Of a stretch of DNA of 64,000 nucleotides, positions 52,450 to 64,000 are shown piece after piece. The stretch is from Octopus vulgaris (taxonomy: Eukaryota): assembly GCA_951406725.2 (NCBI GenBank), contig OX597821.1, positions 41,478,001-41,542,000 on the forward strand, in the 5' to 3' direction. A model generated the notes under the pieces. It was not told the DNA's origin. It did not search any database and was given only the letters and a program-made list of their open reading frames with translations. Both the position numbers and the translations under genes were made by a program. Within the stretch, counting starts at the first letter, position 1, and each line of letters starts with the position of its first letter.

Positions 52450-53035
52450 GACATCATCATCATCATTGACATCATCATCATCATAGATTTAATATATTGA
52501 TGTATATAACATCACTTCATCAGCCATGAAGTATTTTGTTGATATTCTTCATCTTGTTGCTGCTGTTTTCACACCAGTCACTTGTAATGGAATTAGTGCT
52601 TTGTATTGATAATATATCATAATCAAACAACATTTATTGATTATGACAAAAAAATACAAGAATTTACTGTTAGAAATCTCTACCAGAATCTACTAAATCT
52701 TCATCATAAACATGCAACTCACTCGACCAAGAAACATCATCGTCGTCGTCGTCATCATCATCATGATATCATCATGATACATCATATCATCAGCATAATT
52801 ATCAGTATCACCATCACCATTATCACCTTCATCATCATCATCATCATCATCATCATTGACATCATTATCATCATCATAGTTATTCACATCATTTTTATTT
52901 CTGTTGTCGTCATCACCGTTGTCCTTGTCATCCTAATCATCACCATTGTTATCCTCATCACCATCATCACCACCACCACTATCATCATCATCACCATCAT
53001 GATAATCATCACCACCAACATCATTATCATCTTTT
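52400..53035. repeat. (CAT)n-rich low-complexity tracts
   Basis: Direct reading. Confidence 0.8.
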
Positions 53036-53227
53036 AGCATCCAACTTTGATGACAGCATCATTTAGATGAGGCACAGTGTACATAAAAATCTGCATTTAT
53101 ATATTGACAGTTCAAAATTGACAAAGTGAAAACTGAGGCAAAAACCTCAAAAACTTTAATGCTGATCCCTGATACAGCTTTCCAAACCATGTAAAAGACA
53201 TCAAGACTCAGATAATTTCAGGCCAAA

Positions 53228-53295
<68 letters not shown>

Positions 53296-53313
53296 CATTA
53301 TTATTATTATCAT

Positions 53314-54115
53314 TGCATTTGCACAGATTCTAATGCTGGAGATGTACTACGGTGTCAGCTGTTCACTACCAGTGAACTAAGGTAACACCTCTTATTTTTC
53401 AAGCACCTTCCAGAGTATTCGAGCGGTTCCAAGCAGTGTTGTTTTCTGCAAGTGCTCCACCCTTATTGCAGCCCCTATTTGTTCCATGTACTTCTCAAGA
53501 TTTTTACTCACTGTTCCCAGGGCTCCAACAATTACTGGTACTACTACCACCTTTTTCATCAACCACAACTGCTTAACTTCCCAAGCTAACCTGTCATGTC
53601 TATCAACTTTTCTTTCTTCCTTATCGCATACCTTGTTGTCAGCTGGGCATGCTACATCTATGATCCAGCATCATTTGCTTTCTTTCTCAGTTAAGACTGC
53701 CTGGTTTCCTATTCTCTATTTCATGGTCACACTGAATCATAAAACCCACAGGATCTTTGCATTATCATTTTTGATGATGCCTTCGGGTTTGTGGTCATAC
53801 CAATCTTTTGCTCTGTCAAGTCCATATATGTTGCAAAGTGTCCAATGGTCAATCCTTTCTATATTGTCATGGCATCTCTCATATTCCTTCTGGGTTAGTG
53901 GCATACATTGACTGGTAATATACGGTTTCACCAGTTTGTCCACAAATTCTACACTTATCACTTTCTGATGTGTTGTCTATTCTGTATTTTATGTAGTTTG
54001 TTCTTAGTGCTTGCTCTTGGGCAGCACAGATTAGAGCCTCTGTTTCTGGTTTTAAATTACTTTTCAATTTCTTGTATAGTGGTTTGTCTTCGCAATCTTA
54101 CATCCTACACAATAT
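53314..54115 (-). mobile_element. Dong/R4-like LINE 3' fragment
   Basis: LKPETEALICAAQEQALRTNY...CRICGQTGETV..ITSQC..EY..CHD..ILW..IIDVACP..VPVIVGALG..QKTTLLGTARILWKVL*; its 3' end abuts (AAT)n. Confidence 0.92.
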
Positions 54116-54124
54116 AGGTATGTA

Positions 54125-54158
<34 letters not shown>

Positions 54159-54168
54159 TGTATGTATG

Positions 54169-54206
<38 letters not shown>

Positions 54207-54351
54207 TATATATACTTAATTTATCAATCCCGAAATGATGAAAGGCAAAATCAACCTCTGCAGAATTTGAACTCAGAACATAAAGACAGGTAAAAAACTG
54301 CTAAGCAATTCACTCAGTGTGCTAATGATTCTGCCAGCTTGCTGCCTTGGT

Positions 54352-54416
<65 letters not shown>

Positions 54417-54431
54417 TGATGATAATAATGA

Positions 54432-54988
54432 TATGCCCTGATGTAGTACCAGGCATTGGCTCTCATGGCTTCTGATCTTAACTGATTGGAAGTGTTATCA
54501 TGTATATTGTTTTATCTTGGTATAAAAGATGGGCTACAGCAAATATTCTGCTCAATACCACCGATTTGCTTGTCAGTTGTTTGACCTTAACCAATTGAAC
54601 ATGTCCCTTGTTGGCTGACGATATGTGCATCTCTGATCATGAGCAGAAGTAGTGGGGGAGCATCATAGCTGTGTGCTGAAAGGAATTCTTTGGGGTTTGG
54701 ATGATTCACTCTTGCAAACATAGGTACTTCGTTCATTATCCTTAAACAACCCTTATTCAGGGTCCTTTTGAGCAGGATGGGTTACTCGACCAGAAGAAAA
54801 TTCTAACTGGGCCCCACCTGCAAGGTCATGTGCTGTTTATCTTGATATGAGATCACCATGTCGCGCACATATGGTTGTGATGCATGTGCCTGGTGTACCC
54901 TTATCAGACGGGTAGTCATGATGGGTATACTGGGCTTCGTATATTTTACCCCAGTGTCACTTTGATGGCATGCACTGCTCTCTCACTC
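54432..54988 (+). mobile_element. Non-coding ~555-bp insert within (AAT)n
   Basis: Complex sequence sharply bounded by AAT repeats on both sides; no recognisable ORF. Confidence 0.55.
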
Positions 54989-55018
<30 letters not shown>

Positions 55019-55020
<2 letters not shown>

Positions 55021-55228
55021 AGACAAATACATAACAAAAACACCAGGACTTACAAACACATATAACATACAGAAATTTGCACTACTAGGCACTGCACACA
55101 TCCTACGCAGAGCACTTTCCATACAATAACCATCAGAGCATCACAACAAATCACAGCACATACCCAAGGCACACAGAGCTGCGCTCGGTAGTGAAGTGAA
55201 AGCACGCTATAAAAATAAAACTACTGAA
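55019..55228 (+). mobile_element. Dong/R4-like 3' end
   Basis: DKYITKTPGLTNTYNIQKFALLGTAHILRRALSIQ* plus UTR, then (AAT)n. Confidence 0.88.
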
Positions 55229-55736
55229 TAATAATAATAATAACCTACATAAATAATGATGGCTGGCTGACTGGGTGGCTGACTGGCTGGCTGGTAGATT
55301 GGTTTCTCCAGCCATGCTTTACATCAACTAGAAAGAATTAACATAAGAAGTGCAGGATGAATGCACAAAACTAGGCTTGGTAAGAGAGAAGGAGGAGAGA
55401 GAGAGAGGCACAGCTCCAGTTTGGTGCTCCATTACCTATTTTGGTTCTTATAACTTTCTGAGAAATACACTTTTTTATGAAGTTTTGCAGAGATAAGTTT
55501 TCAATGGAGTAGATTGCGATTATGCTAATAAAATTTAGAAAATAATAACTCATATTGATAACAGATATACAAATGAGAATTCTGTCTTATTTAATTTGTT
55601 TTATTTAATTACATTTTAAGGCAATAAATATTTCTTTGAAAACTAGAATTCATTTCATCATTTCGTACAAGCACCGAGATATTTAACCAAAGTTAAATTA
55701 CAAATGTCTGCCATAATTCTTGGTATTGCCCAGAGT

Positions 55737-56030
55737 CGAAAACACCTAAAAGCCCCACGAGGCTCCGGCAGGAGATGGTGGTGATCCCTGCTGTACTCTT
55801 TCACCACAACTTTCTCTCACTCTTACTTCCTGTTTTTGTTGTACCTGTATTTCAAGGAGCTGGCCTTGTCACTCTCTGTGTCACGCTGAATATCCCCGAG
55901 AACTACGTTAAGGGTGCACGTGTCTGTGGAGTGCTCAGCCACTTACACGTTAATTTCACGAGCAGGCTGTTCCGTTGATTCGGATCAACCGGAACCCTCA
56001 TCGTCGTAACCGACGGAGTGCTTCCATCTA
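55737..56030 (+). mobile_element. Retroposon sharing SINE C tail 2 but lacking the tRNA head
   Basis: 10-bp TSD tgcccagagt at 55727-55736 and 56031-56040; tail from ttgtacctgta onward matches 14277-14460. Confidence 0.8.
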
Positions 56031-56060
56031 TGCCCAGAGTGGTAAAGGGATACTTCCAAA

Positions 56061-56300
56061 TAGGCAGCGAGCTGGCAGAAATGTTAGCACGTTGGGCAAA
56101 ATGCATAGCCGTATTTCGTCTACCGCTACGTTCTGAGTTCAAATTCCGCCGAGGTTGACTTTGCGTTTCATCCTTTCGGGGTCAATAAATTAAGAACCAG
56201 TTATGCACTGGAATCGATGTAATCGACTTAATCCATTTGTCTGTCCTTGTTTGTCCTCTCTGTGTTTAGCCCCTTATGGGTAGTAAAGAAAATAAAAAAG
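56061..56300 (+). mobile_element. SINE family B
   Basis: 17-bp TSD aaagggatacttccaaa at 56044-56060 and 56301-56317. Confidence 0.92.
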
Positions 56301-56716
56301 AAAGGGATACTTCCAAAGATGGGTAACACCTTAGCACCTGTATATTCTCACTTCCATCGGTCTTATTATCGATGGCACCCCCACCACACAGCACATGGTT
56401 TAGATCCAATCCATCAATTGGTCTTATATTTGTCTTGCTTTCTATGTATATTAAATGTTTACCTGAGTCACCTGTGATGCAATGAGGGTTTAATGTAATA
56501 CAAGAAATTTCAATAGTGTTCTGTATATGATTAAGTTTTCTAGATAACTGAGCCTTAAGAGTGCAGGGTCACGTGAAAAGGAATAGAAACTAGTCTGATT
56601 TCTTTACCTTTTGCTTTTTGTGTATATACAGGTGACCCAAGGAAGGGTCTCTGAAAGGTAGGGCCTAAAACCAGTATCTTTCTGGAGCGCAGACTAGTAT
56701 TAAATATCCCATTTAA

Positions 56717-56930
56717 CCCTTTCGTTACCATATTCCTGTTGAGATGCTCTGTTTCTTTCAATTACTTAAAATATAACAAAGAATTTAGTAAAATAAGTTA
56801 CCATTCAGCTAGTGTTAGGAACATTAATTGTGACTAAGGTTTGGTGGAAGGTTTTAATTCAAAACTTATGAAAACAAGACATTTATACTCAGAGCCAGAG
56901 ATAGTTTCAGCAGGGTTGGTAATGAAAGGG
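56717..56930 (+). mobile_element. piggyBac-type MITE
   Basis: TTAA|CCCTTTCGTTACCA...TGGTAATGAAAGGG|TTAA. Confidence 0.88.
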
Positions 56931-56961
56931 TTAAGAATTGTTTCTCTATTATATATTTTAA

Positions 56962-57176
56962 CCCTTTTGTTACCATATTCCTGTTGAGATGCTCTATGTT
57001 TCCTGCAATTACTTTAAATATAAGAAAGAATTTAGTAAAATAACTTAGTTATCATTAAACTAGTGTTAGGAACATAAATTGTGACAAAGGTTTGGTGGAA
57101 GATTTTAATTCAAAACTTATAAAAACAAGACACAGAGCCAGAGCTGGTTTCAGCTGGGTTGGTACCACCGAAAGGG
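56962..57176 (+). mobile_element. piggyBac-type MITE (adjacent second copy)
   Basis: TTAA|CCCTTT...GAAAGGG|TTAA with the same body. Confidence 0.88.
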
Positions 57177-59559
57177 TTAATAAGATACCAATATCACAAT
57201 ATGCTGGTAAAATATCTCCAAATGATGATGTATCGATTCCAACAGTTGAGGAGTCACAAGAATATCTACAAAACAAAATGCTTGCATAATAATTCCCAAA
57301 GTGCACAAAGAACAATGAATATCCAAACAATAATGTATCTCACCATTCTTAAAATATTCTGGCAAATTTGGACATAAATGCACCAGTAAGCCAGTGAATT
57401 GCATGTGTTATGAAAACACAATGTCTAAAAGGAAGAGGCATTCTCTGATGACAAACAAACAAAAGTGGTCAGATGGTCCTGTTCAAATCTGTCAGAACAA
57501 AGTGGTTTCAAATTTTGGCACAAGAGCAGCAATTTTGGTGCTGGGTGTAAATCGTTTATATCACCCCCAGTACTTAACTGATAGTTATTCTACTGACCCT
57601 GAAAAGATGAAAGGCAAAGGTCAACCTCTGCAGAATTTGACCTCAGAACATAAGGAGAGGTTAAATACCACAAAGCATGCTAACAATTCTCCCAGTTGAC
57701 TGCCTTATGTCTAACAGAATGTACAAAGAAGGAATAAAACTCTTGTAACTCATTTCGAGCTCACAAATTCAAAGTTGGCAATCAAATACCTCATCCCCCG
57801 TCAGCAATCTTCATGAATAAAATAGTCCATGATTAAATATATGCTTTTGGTGACAAATAAAACATTATGGTTGCTTGTTTTCCTTTAATACAGTTACAGT
57901 AAAATGCCTTCGGTGTTTTTAATCGTCTTCCTGTTTAAGGTATTCAACAGAAACATGATTAAACACTGTGCGAAAATTATTAAGATGCTGTAAACTTATT
58001 TCTGGAATGTATATCTTGTTTTTGTGTGTGTGTGTGTGTGTGTGTGTGGAGGAGGAAGTTATCTTATTGTTCTTTCATATTACTGAGAAATAACACAGAA
58101 ATGAATTTATTCATTGTTTTCAAAATTTTGTGAGTTCAAAAACAGTTGCAAGCATTTTATTTATTCTGGCAGATTTGAACCTGAATACCTGACCATCGTC
58201 GCTTGTTTGTCATCAGAGAATGCGTTTTCCTTTCAGACAATGTGTGTCCATTACACATGAGATTGAACAGCTTACTAGAATACTCACATTCAATTCTGCC
58301 AGAACATTCAGTTCCTCTCTACTACAGAAATTTTGGTGAAAATAGGTGGCTGTTCGATTACATTGACCCCAGGGTTCAGTCAGTTCTTACTTTTTTTACC
58401 CCAAAAGAATAAAAAGGCAAAGTCAACCTCAATGAAATTTGAACTCAGAATGCAAAGACAGACAAAATGCCACTAAGCTTTTTGTCTTGCATGCTAGCAA
58501 TTCTATCTGCACATCACCTTCTAATATAATAAATGCGAAAGCTGATTTCTGTGTGTCAGTGTATCACACTTTGACACCCCCACCTCCTTTGCCACTTTTC
58601 AATGACACTTCTACTATTGATGATGTTTATCAAAAGTAGTAGTGTTCATGGTGGCAGTAAGAGTAATAATAAGAGAGAGAAAGAGTGGGTATGTGTGAGA
58701 AAGAGGAACTGAACACTGAATTCATTATTTTAGTACCACCACCATCACCACCACATCTGCCATACTCACTCCATTCAGACTTCTGACGCCACCAGTATCA
58801 AATGTTGAAGTGAATCTAATGGATTTTGTGTGTTTTTTAAATGGCTTATAAACACCTTCCATGCTGCAATTGTTTTCGTTCCAGCACACGATCTCAGATC
58901 AGGTCACTTGCTATGCAAGTACATCTCCATAAAAACGTAATAACAATCTTTTTGCAGTTATTTCTCTTGCATGTTATTTGTAGATTTTAAACACCTTGAG
59001 AAGGAGTTTTTGCTTGTTAATTACTTTGACAATTTTTGTTAATTGAAGTTTTTCAATTCGCTCTGTTATATATATGTCTGGCTCTATCTCATTTGAGTTT
59101 GATATGCTTCCCTGAGACAGTGATTTGTTCCTCATCTTCCAGGAATCTAATTTGTAAATTTAAAGGTGATACAGGGATGAAGATTAACATCAGAAGCGTT
59201 GAGAGAACATATCATCCAACATGGTAACAATATAATTGGGATGAGTATATTTTATAAAGTTTGTAAAATATTGTGAGAATATTGTGAAATATGTCAGCTG
59301 TGTGGTTGTTATATCGTAAACTGAGCAAAATATTGTTTTCAAATTTGGTCAGAAACCCAGCTGAAACCAGCACTGGCTCTGGGTCTTGTTTTCATAAGTT
59401 TTGAATTGAAATCTTCCATCAAACCTTTGTCACAATTTATGTTTCAAAGGTGGGGATAAGTCAATTACATCAACTCCTGTACTCAAACCGATACTTATTT
59501 TATCAACCCCATAAATGATGAAAGGTGAAGAGGGTCCTGAGAGAATTTGAACTAGGAAA

Positions 59560-59795
59560 TGCCTATTTCTTTACTACCCACAAGGAGCTAAACACAGAGA
59601 GAACAAACAAGGACAGACAAATGGATTAAGTCGAGTATATCGACCTCAGTGCATAACTGGTACTTATTTAATCGACCCCAAAAGAATGAAAGGCAAAGTC
59701 AACCTCGGCAGAATTTGAACTCAGAACGTAGTGGCAGACGAAATACCACTCAGCCTTTTGTCCAGCAAAGTAACAATGCTGCCAGCTCACTGCTT
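59560..59795 (-). mobile_element. SINE family B
   Basis: Homologous to 21703-21937. Confidence 0.85.
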
Positions 59796-59798
59796 TAG

Positions 59799-59997
59799 CT
59801 CTTTCATTACTATATCTCTTTTGAGATGCTGTGTTTCTTTCAATTAATTTTCAAAATAACTTGTTTATCATTAAGCTTGTGTTAGGAACATTAATTGTGA
59901 CAAAGGTTTGGTGGAAGATTTTATTTCAAAACTTATGAAAACAAGACATTTGTACTCAGAGCCAAAGGTGGTTTCAGCTGGATTGGTAACGAAAGGG
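59799..59997 (+). mobile_element. piggyBac-type MITE
   Basis: Same body as 56717-56930; right end GAAAGGG|TTAA, left end degenerate. Confidence 0.8.
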
Positions 59998-60069
59998 TTA
60001 AAGTGAGCAAAATATTGAAAGAATTTATCTTGTATCCCAATGGCATAGTTTGTGATATGTATGCAGTAT

Positions 60070-60360
60070 CCATTTATCTAGTTGCGTGACTTGCCTGGAT
60101 GAATGCAGCTCTTCCATTCTAGATCCATATCAGGCTTTGTGTCCTTAACTTGATATCCAATGTCTTCCACAGGTCAATCAATATAAGTTGTTTTTCATCT
60201 CCCAATACATGTATGTCCATGCATGGGTTCCCAGAGTAAGAGATCACTGGATTTTTTTCATCCTTGCTTCTCCAGCAGCATTCTTCTGTATATTTTAGAG
60301 TGAGTGAAATGATAAGAGAATATACGTCTAACATTTTGGCAGTGTGGTTTGTAATGTGAT
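60070..60360 (-). mobile_element. Degenerate RTE 3' fragment
   Basis: CCWRSKDEK resembles the RTE GHCWRSKDE motif; frameshifted thereafter. Confidence 0.55.
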
Positions 60361-60704
60361 TACTGTAAACTGAGTAAAATGTTGTAAAATAGGTAATAAG
60401 TTAACAAATGTGGTGATGAGATTCAATCCTTAGGGATTTCTATTAATGCAACTGTGAAATTATAATTAAGATATAAGTTTAGTATTTTGGAAAGTAATTG
60501 GTGAAGTTATTAGTGGAATTGTTATTACGGACAGAATTTAATAAGATTGATATAAAGATTGTCACTTACCTGTGCTAATTAACCATTTAGCATTTAACCA
60601 AAATATTCAACCTGATTTATGTTCAGGCCAACAAGATCCAGCTTCTCACACCTCTCTTACAATGCTTTTCTTAAAATAGACAACCACATCATCAAAATCT
60701 TGAA

Positions 60705-61108
60705 GGCTGTGTGGTAAGTAGCTTGCTTACGAACTACATGATTCTGGGTTCAGTCCCACAGCGGAGCACCTTGAGCAAGTGTCTTCTACTATAGCCTCGG
60801 GCCGACTAAAGCCTTGTGAGTGGATTTGGTAGGCGGAAACTGAAAGAAGCCCGTCGTATATATGTATATATATATGTGTGTGTGTGTGTGTATATGTTTA
60901 TGTGTCTGTGTTTGTCCACCCAACAGCACGTGACAAGCGATGGTGGTGTGTTTATGTTCCCGTAACTTAGCCGTTCAGCAAAAAGAGACCGATAAAATAA
61001 GTACTAGGCTTACAAAGAATAGGTCCTGGGGTCGATTTGCTTGACTAAAGGCGGTGCTCCAGCATGGCCACAGTCAAATGACTGAAACAAATAAAAGAGT
61101 AAAAGAGA
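60705..61108 (+). mobile_element. SINE family A
   Basis: Homologous to 35192-35610. Confidence 0.92.
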
Positions 61109-61472
61109 GAGTTATGAGATAATGCCTGATTAATTAAGAATTATGTGATTAAAGAAGCATAACATTTGAGAGAATAATCTGAAGAGTAAAGGGGTCGAAG
61201 ACATAGGGGCAGGGTTTTTACCTCTTTGTGAAAGATTAATGACATGGTGAGATAATTCAGCGTAAAAGTGAGAAACCAAATTGAAGTTTCAGAAAGTGAA
61301 ATATCGGTCATCTTAGAATCTACATAATGATAGTGATGTGTCTGCAAGTCCCTTTTATAGCAAATAAAGAATTCGGCTCATGATGTTAACCCTTGTATGT
61401 TGATAAAATAATTAGCAGCTTATAAGTATAGGAAAAATGTTTTAATCTGATGACCCAGCATGAGCATGGCCC

Positions 61473-61650
61473 TGTATGCATGCATGCATGAATGTACGTA
61501 TGTATGTGCGTGTCTATGTATGTATGCATGTTTGTATGTGTGTGTGTGTATGTATGTATGTGTATGTATGTATGTGTATGTATGTATGTGTATGTATGTA
61601 TGTTTGTGTATGTATGCAAGTATGTATGTATGTGTGTGTATGTATGTATG

Positions 61651-61684
<34 letters not shown>

Positions 61685-61770
61685 TGTATGTTTGTATGTA
61701 TGTATGTGTATGTATATTTGTATGTATGTGTGTATGTATGCATATATGTATGTATTTATGTGTATGTATG

Positions 61771-61804
<34 letters not shown>

Positions 61805-62322
61805 TATGTATGTATGTATGTGTATGTATGTATGTACGTATGTGTATGTATTTATGTTTGTATGTATGTGTGTATATGTATGTATATGTGTGTGTATGTG
61901 TGTATGTGTGTATGTACACATGTATGTATGTATGTATGCATGTACGTGTATGTGTATATATGCATGTATGTATGTGTATATATTTATGTTTGTATGTATG
62001 CATATATGTATGTATGTGTGTGTGTATGTATGTATGTGTATGTACACATGTATGTATGTATGTATGTATGTACGTGTGTGTGTATATATGTATGTATGTA
62101 TGTGTATGTATTTATGTTTGTATGTATGCATATATGTATGTATGTGTGTATGTATGTATGTATGTATGTATGTATGTGTATGTATTTATGTTTGTATGTA
62201 TGCATATATGTATGTATGTGTATGTGTCTGTGTATGTATGTATGTATGTATGTATGTGTGTATATATGCATGTATGTATGTTTGTATGCATGTACGTGTA
62301 TGTGTATGTGTATGTATGTACG
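61473..62322. repeat. (TATG)n/(TG)n compound satellite
   Basis: Direct reading; source of the long M/Y/V/C ORFs. Confidence 0.95.
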
Positions 62323-64000
62323 CAAACTTAGATTGGTTCAGATGCATTTGATGCATGATGAGAGCAAAGGGAAAAAATATGTTCGACTCCTCCAAGAGAT
62401 TGATGGGAGCCTAAATAAATTTGGTCAAAATGTTCGTAAATATTTTATATTTAAGGCTAATATGATTGAGTTGAATTATTGAAATGAATGAGCATGAATA
62501 ATAATAGTGATCTTTGATATCTTTGTTCAGTCTCTTCCAATGTTCATGGCCGTGCTCACCATTACAATGCTAGCAATCTACGTTTATAACTATTTCTCTC
62601 TGTATTTCTGTGTCTGTTTATAACATATCTATTTATGCCTATAACTATATCTATCTATGTTTATAACTACGTTTATAGCTATATCTATCTGTGCTTATAA
62701 TCAGAATGCTGTAACTACGTTCCATTATAAATCTTTCTTGACAAAATTTTATTACAAGTTATTTCTACCATGAAAAATTAGATAAAATGCTGACCATTTT
62801 CAAAGTTTCTCTGTTGTTAGTTTGGCCAGAAAAGATTTCATAATCGCAGCTCCAGCGAAATATTTGAAAGTGACCAATGTGAATCTGTGAAGATAAATCA
62901 GTTTCTATTCATACTTTGATTAATATTGTGTTTTCACTCGCCAAGACATTTCCTTCATTTCAATTACCTTGATCATTACCAAGAGTTAAATTAATATGGA
63001 TGGCACCATTGATAAAAATCTTTCAGACATAAGATTTTATCTGAGGCTAGCTACAACTTATTATTTAATTTGGGTAAAACTATGCTTCCATCTTATAAGA
63101 TAATTTATATTTTAATAGATATTTGTATGAGAAACCTTTTGTAACTGCACCACAGACTAAATATGTATTGATGTCATAAGTTTCTTTAGCGCTAAACTAA
63201 TTAATATCCACGTGAATGTTGCCCTTTGTCGAAGTATTATTTACATCAAATTACCTTTTCAAGAATCACTGATCTCCAAGTTAGAAACTTCAGTCATACC
63301 AGCATATTTAGACTCACAGAATTTTGGATAACAGTTCCGTGGAACTTTTGATTTGCAAAGTACCTAGTAAAGATTAAGCCAAATGTAAAAATATTCCAGC
63401 AATCTTGTGGAATATTGGCACACAAAACTTGCTTTAGATACAGAAAAAGCAATAAAAACAACTATGCAGGATTTCTAAATAGGCTTATATCATGACAAAG
63501 AAATAGATTTTTGCACATTCTACTCATAGAGAAGATTTTGAAATGCCTCCAAGATCCCTTGATAGAAACATGAGAACCTATAATGGTGTAAAAAAAATAC
63601 AAAAGTTATTACCAAATGTTGGTTGAAGCTTAATCAAAAGAGAAGAAGGAAATAAAGTTTCAAACATTTCCAACTGTAATCTCTCAAACTTACAAATATT
63701 CTCTCTTTATTCTTCAGGAATCGAACACGTGCGAATCCATAGGAACAAGTTGAAAGTTTATATATTAATTACATACCTGTATAGAACTGTAGTTCATGTA
63801 TGTATATATTTAACACCAACGAAATGTTAAAATACACTAACGAAAAACTAAGCATTTAATTATATTCTGGAATAATTACAGAAAATTTATCTCATTCACA
63901 GAAATCAGTAGTTTTTCTGTGTTTGCATTATATTTCTAAGAACATGGTCATCATCATTATCATCATCATCATCATTGTCATTTAACGTCTGTTTTCCATG

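Overview
AT-rich, repeat-saturated animal genomic DNA. The SINE families and LINE/Penelope content suggest an octopus (coleoid cephalopod); that assignment is an inference. No intact host protein-coding gene is supported, and almost all ORFs in the track are translated microsatellites. The window contains: several tRNA-derived SINE families, some with clear target-site duplications (TSDs); 3' fragments of RTE LINEs; Dong/R4-like restriction-like-endonuclease (RLE) LINE ends stacked in (AAT)n tracts; Penelope-like element (PLE) fragments (RT and GIY-YIG regions) in (TA)n tracts, with three minimal hammerhead-ribozyme motifs; piggyBac-type MITEs; a Helentron/HINE-like element; a foldback MULE-like element carrying LINE cargo; a 5S rRNA pseudogene caught in an inverted duplication; and many microsatellites. 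The most unusual signal is a set of long-hairpin elements with a short unpaired extension: two homologous copies in (TA)n and an unrelated one with a 15-bp TSD. Two of the three show a strand-biased excess of G-U-compatible mismatches.
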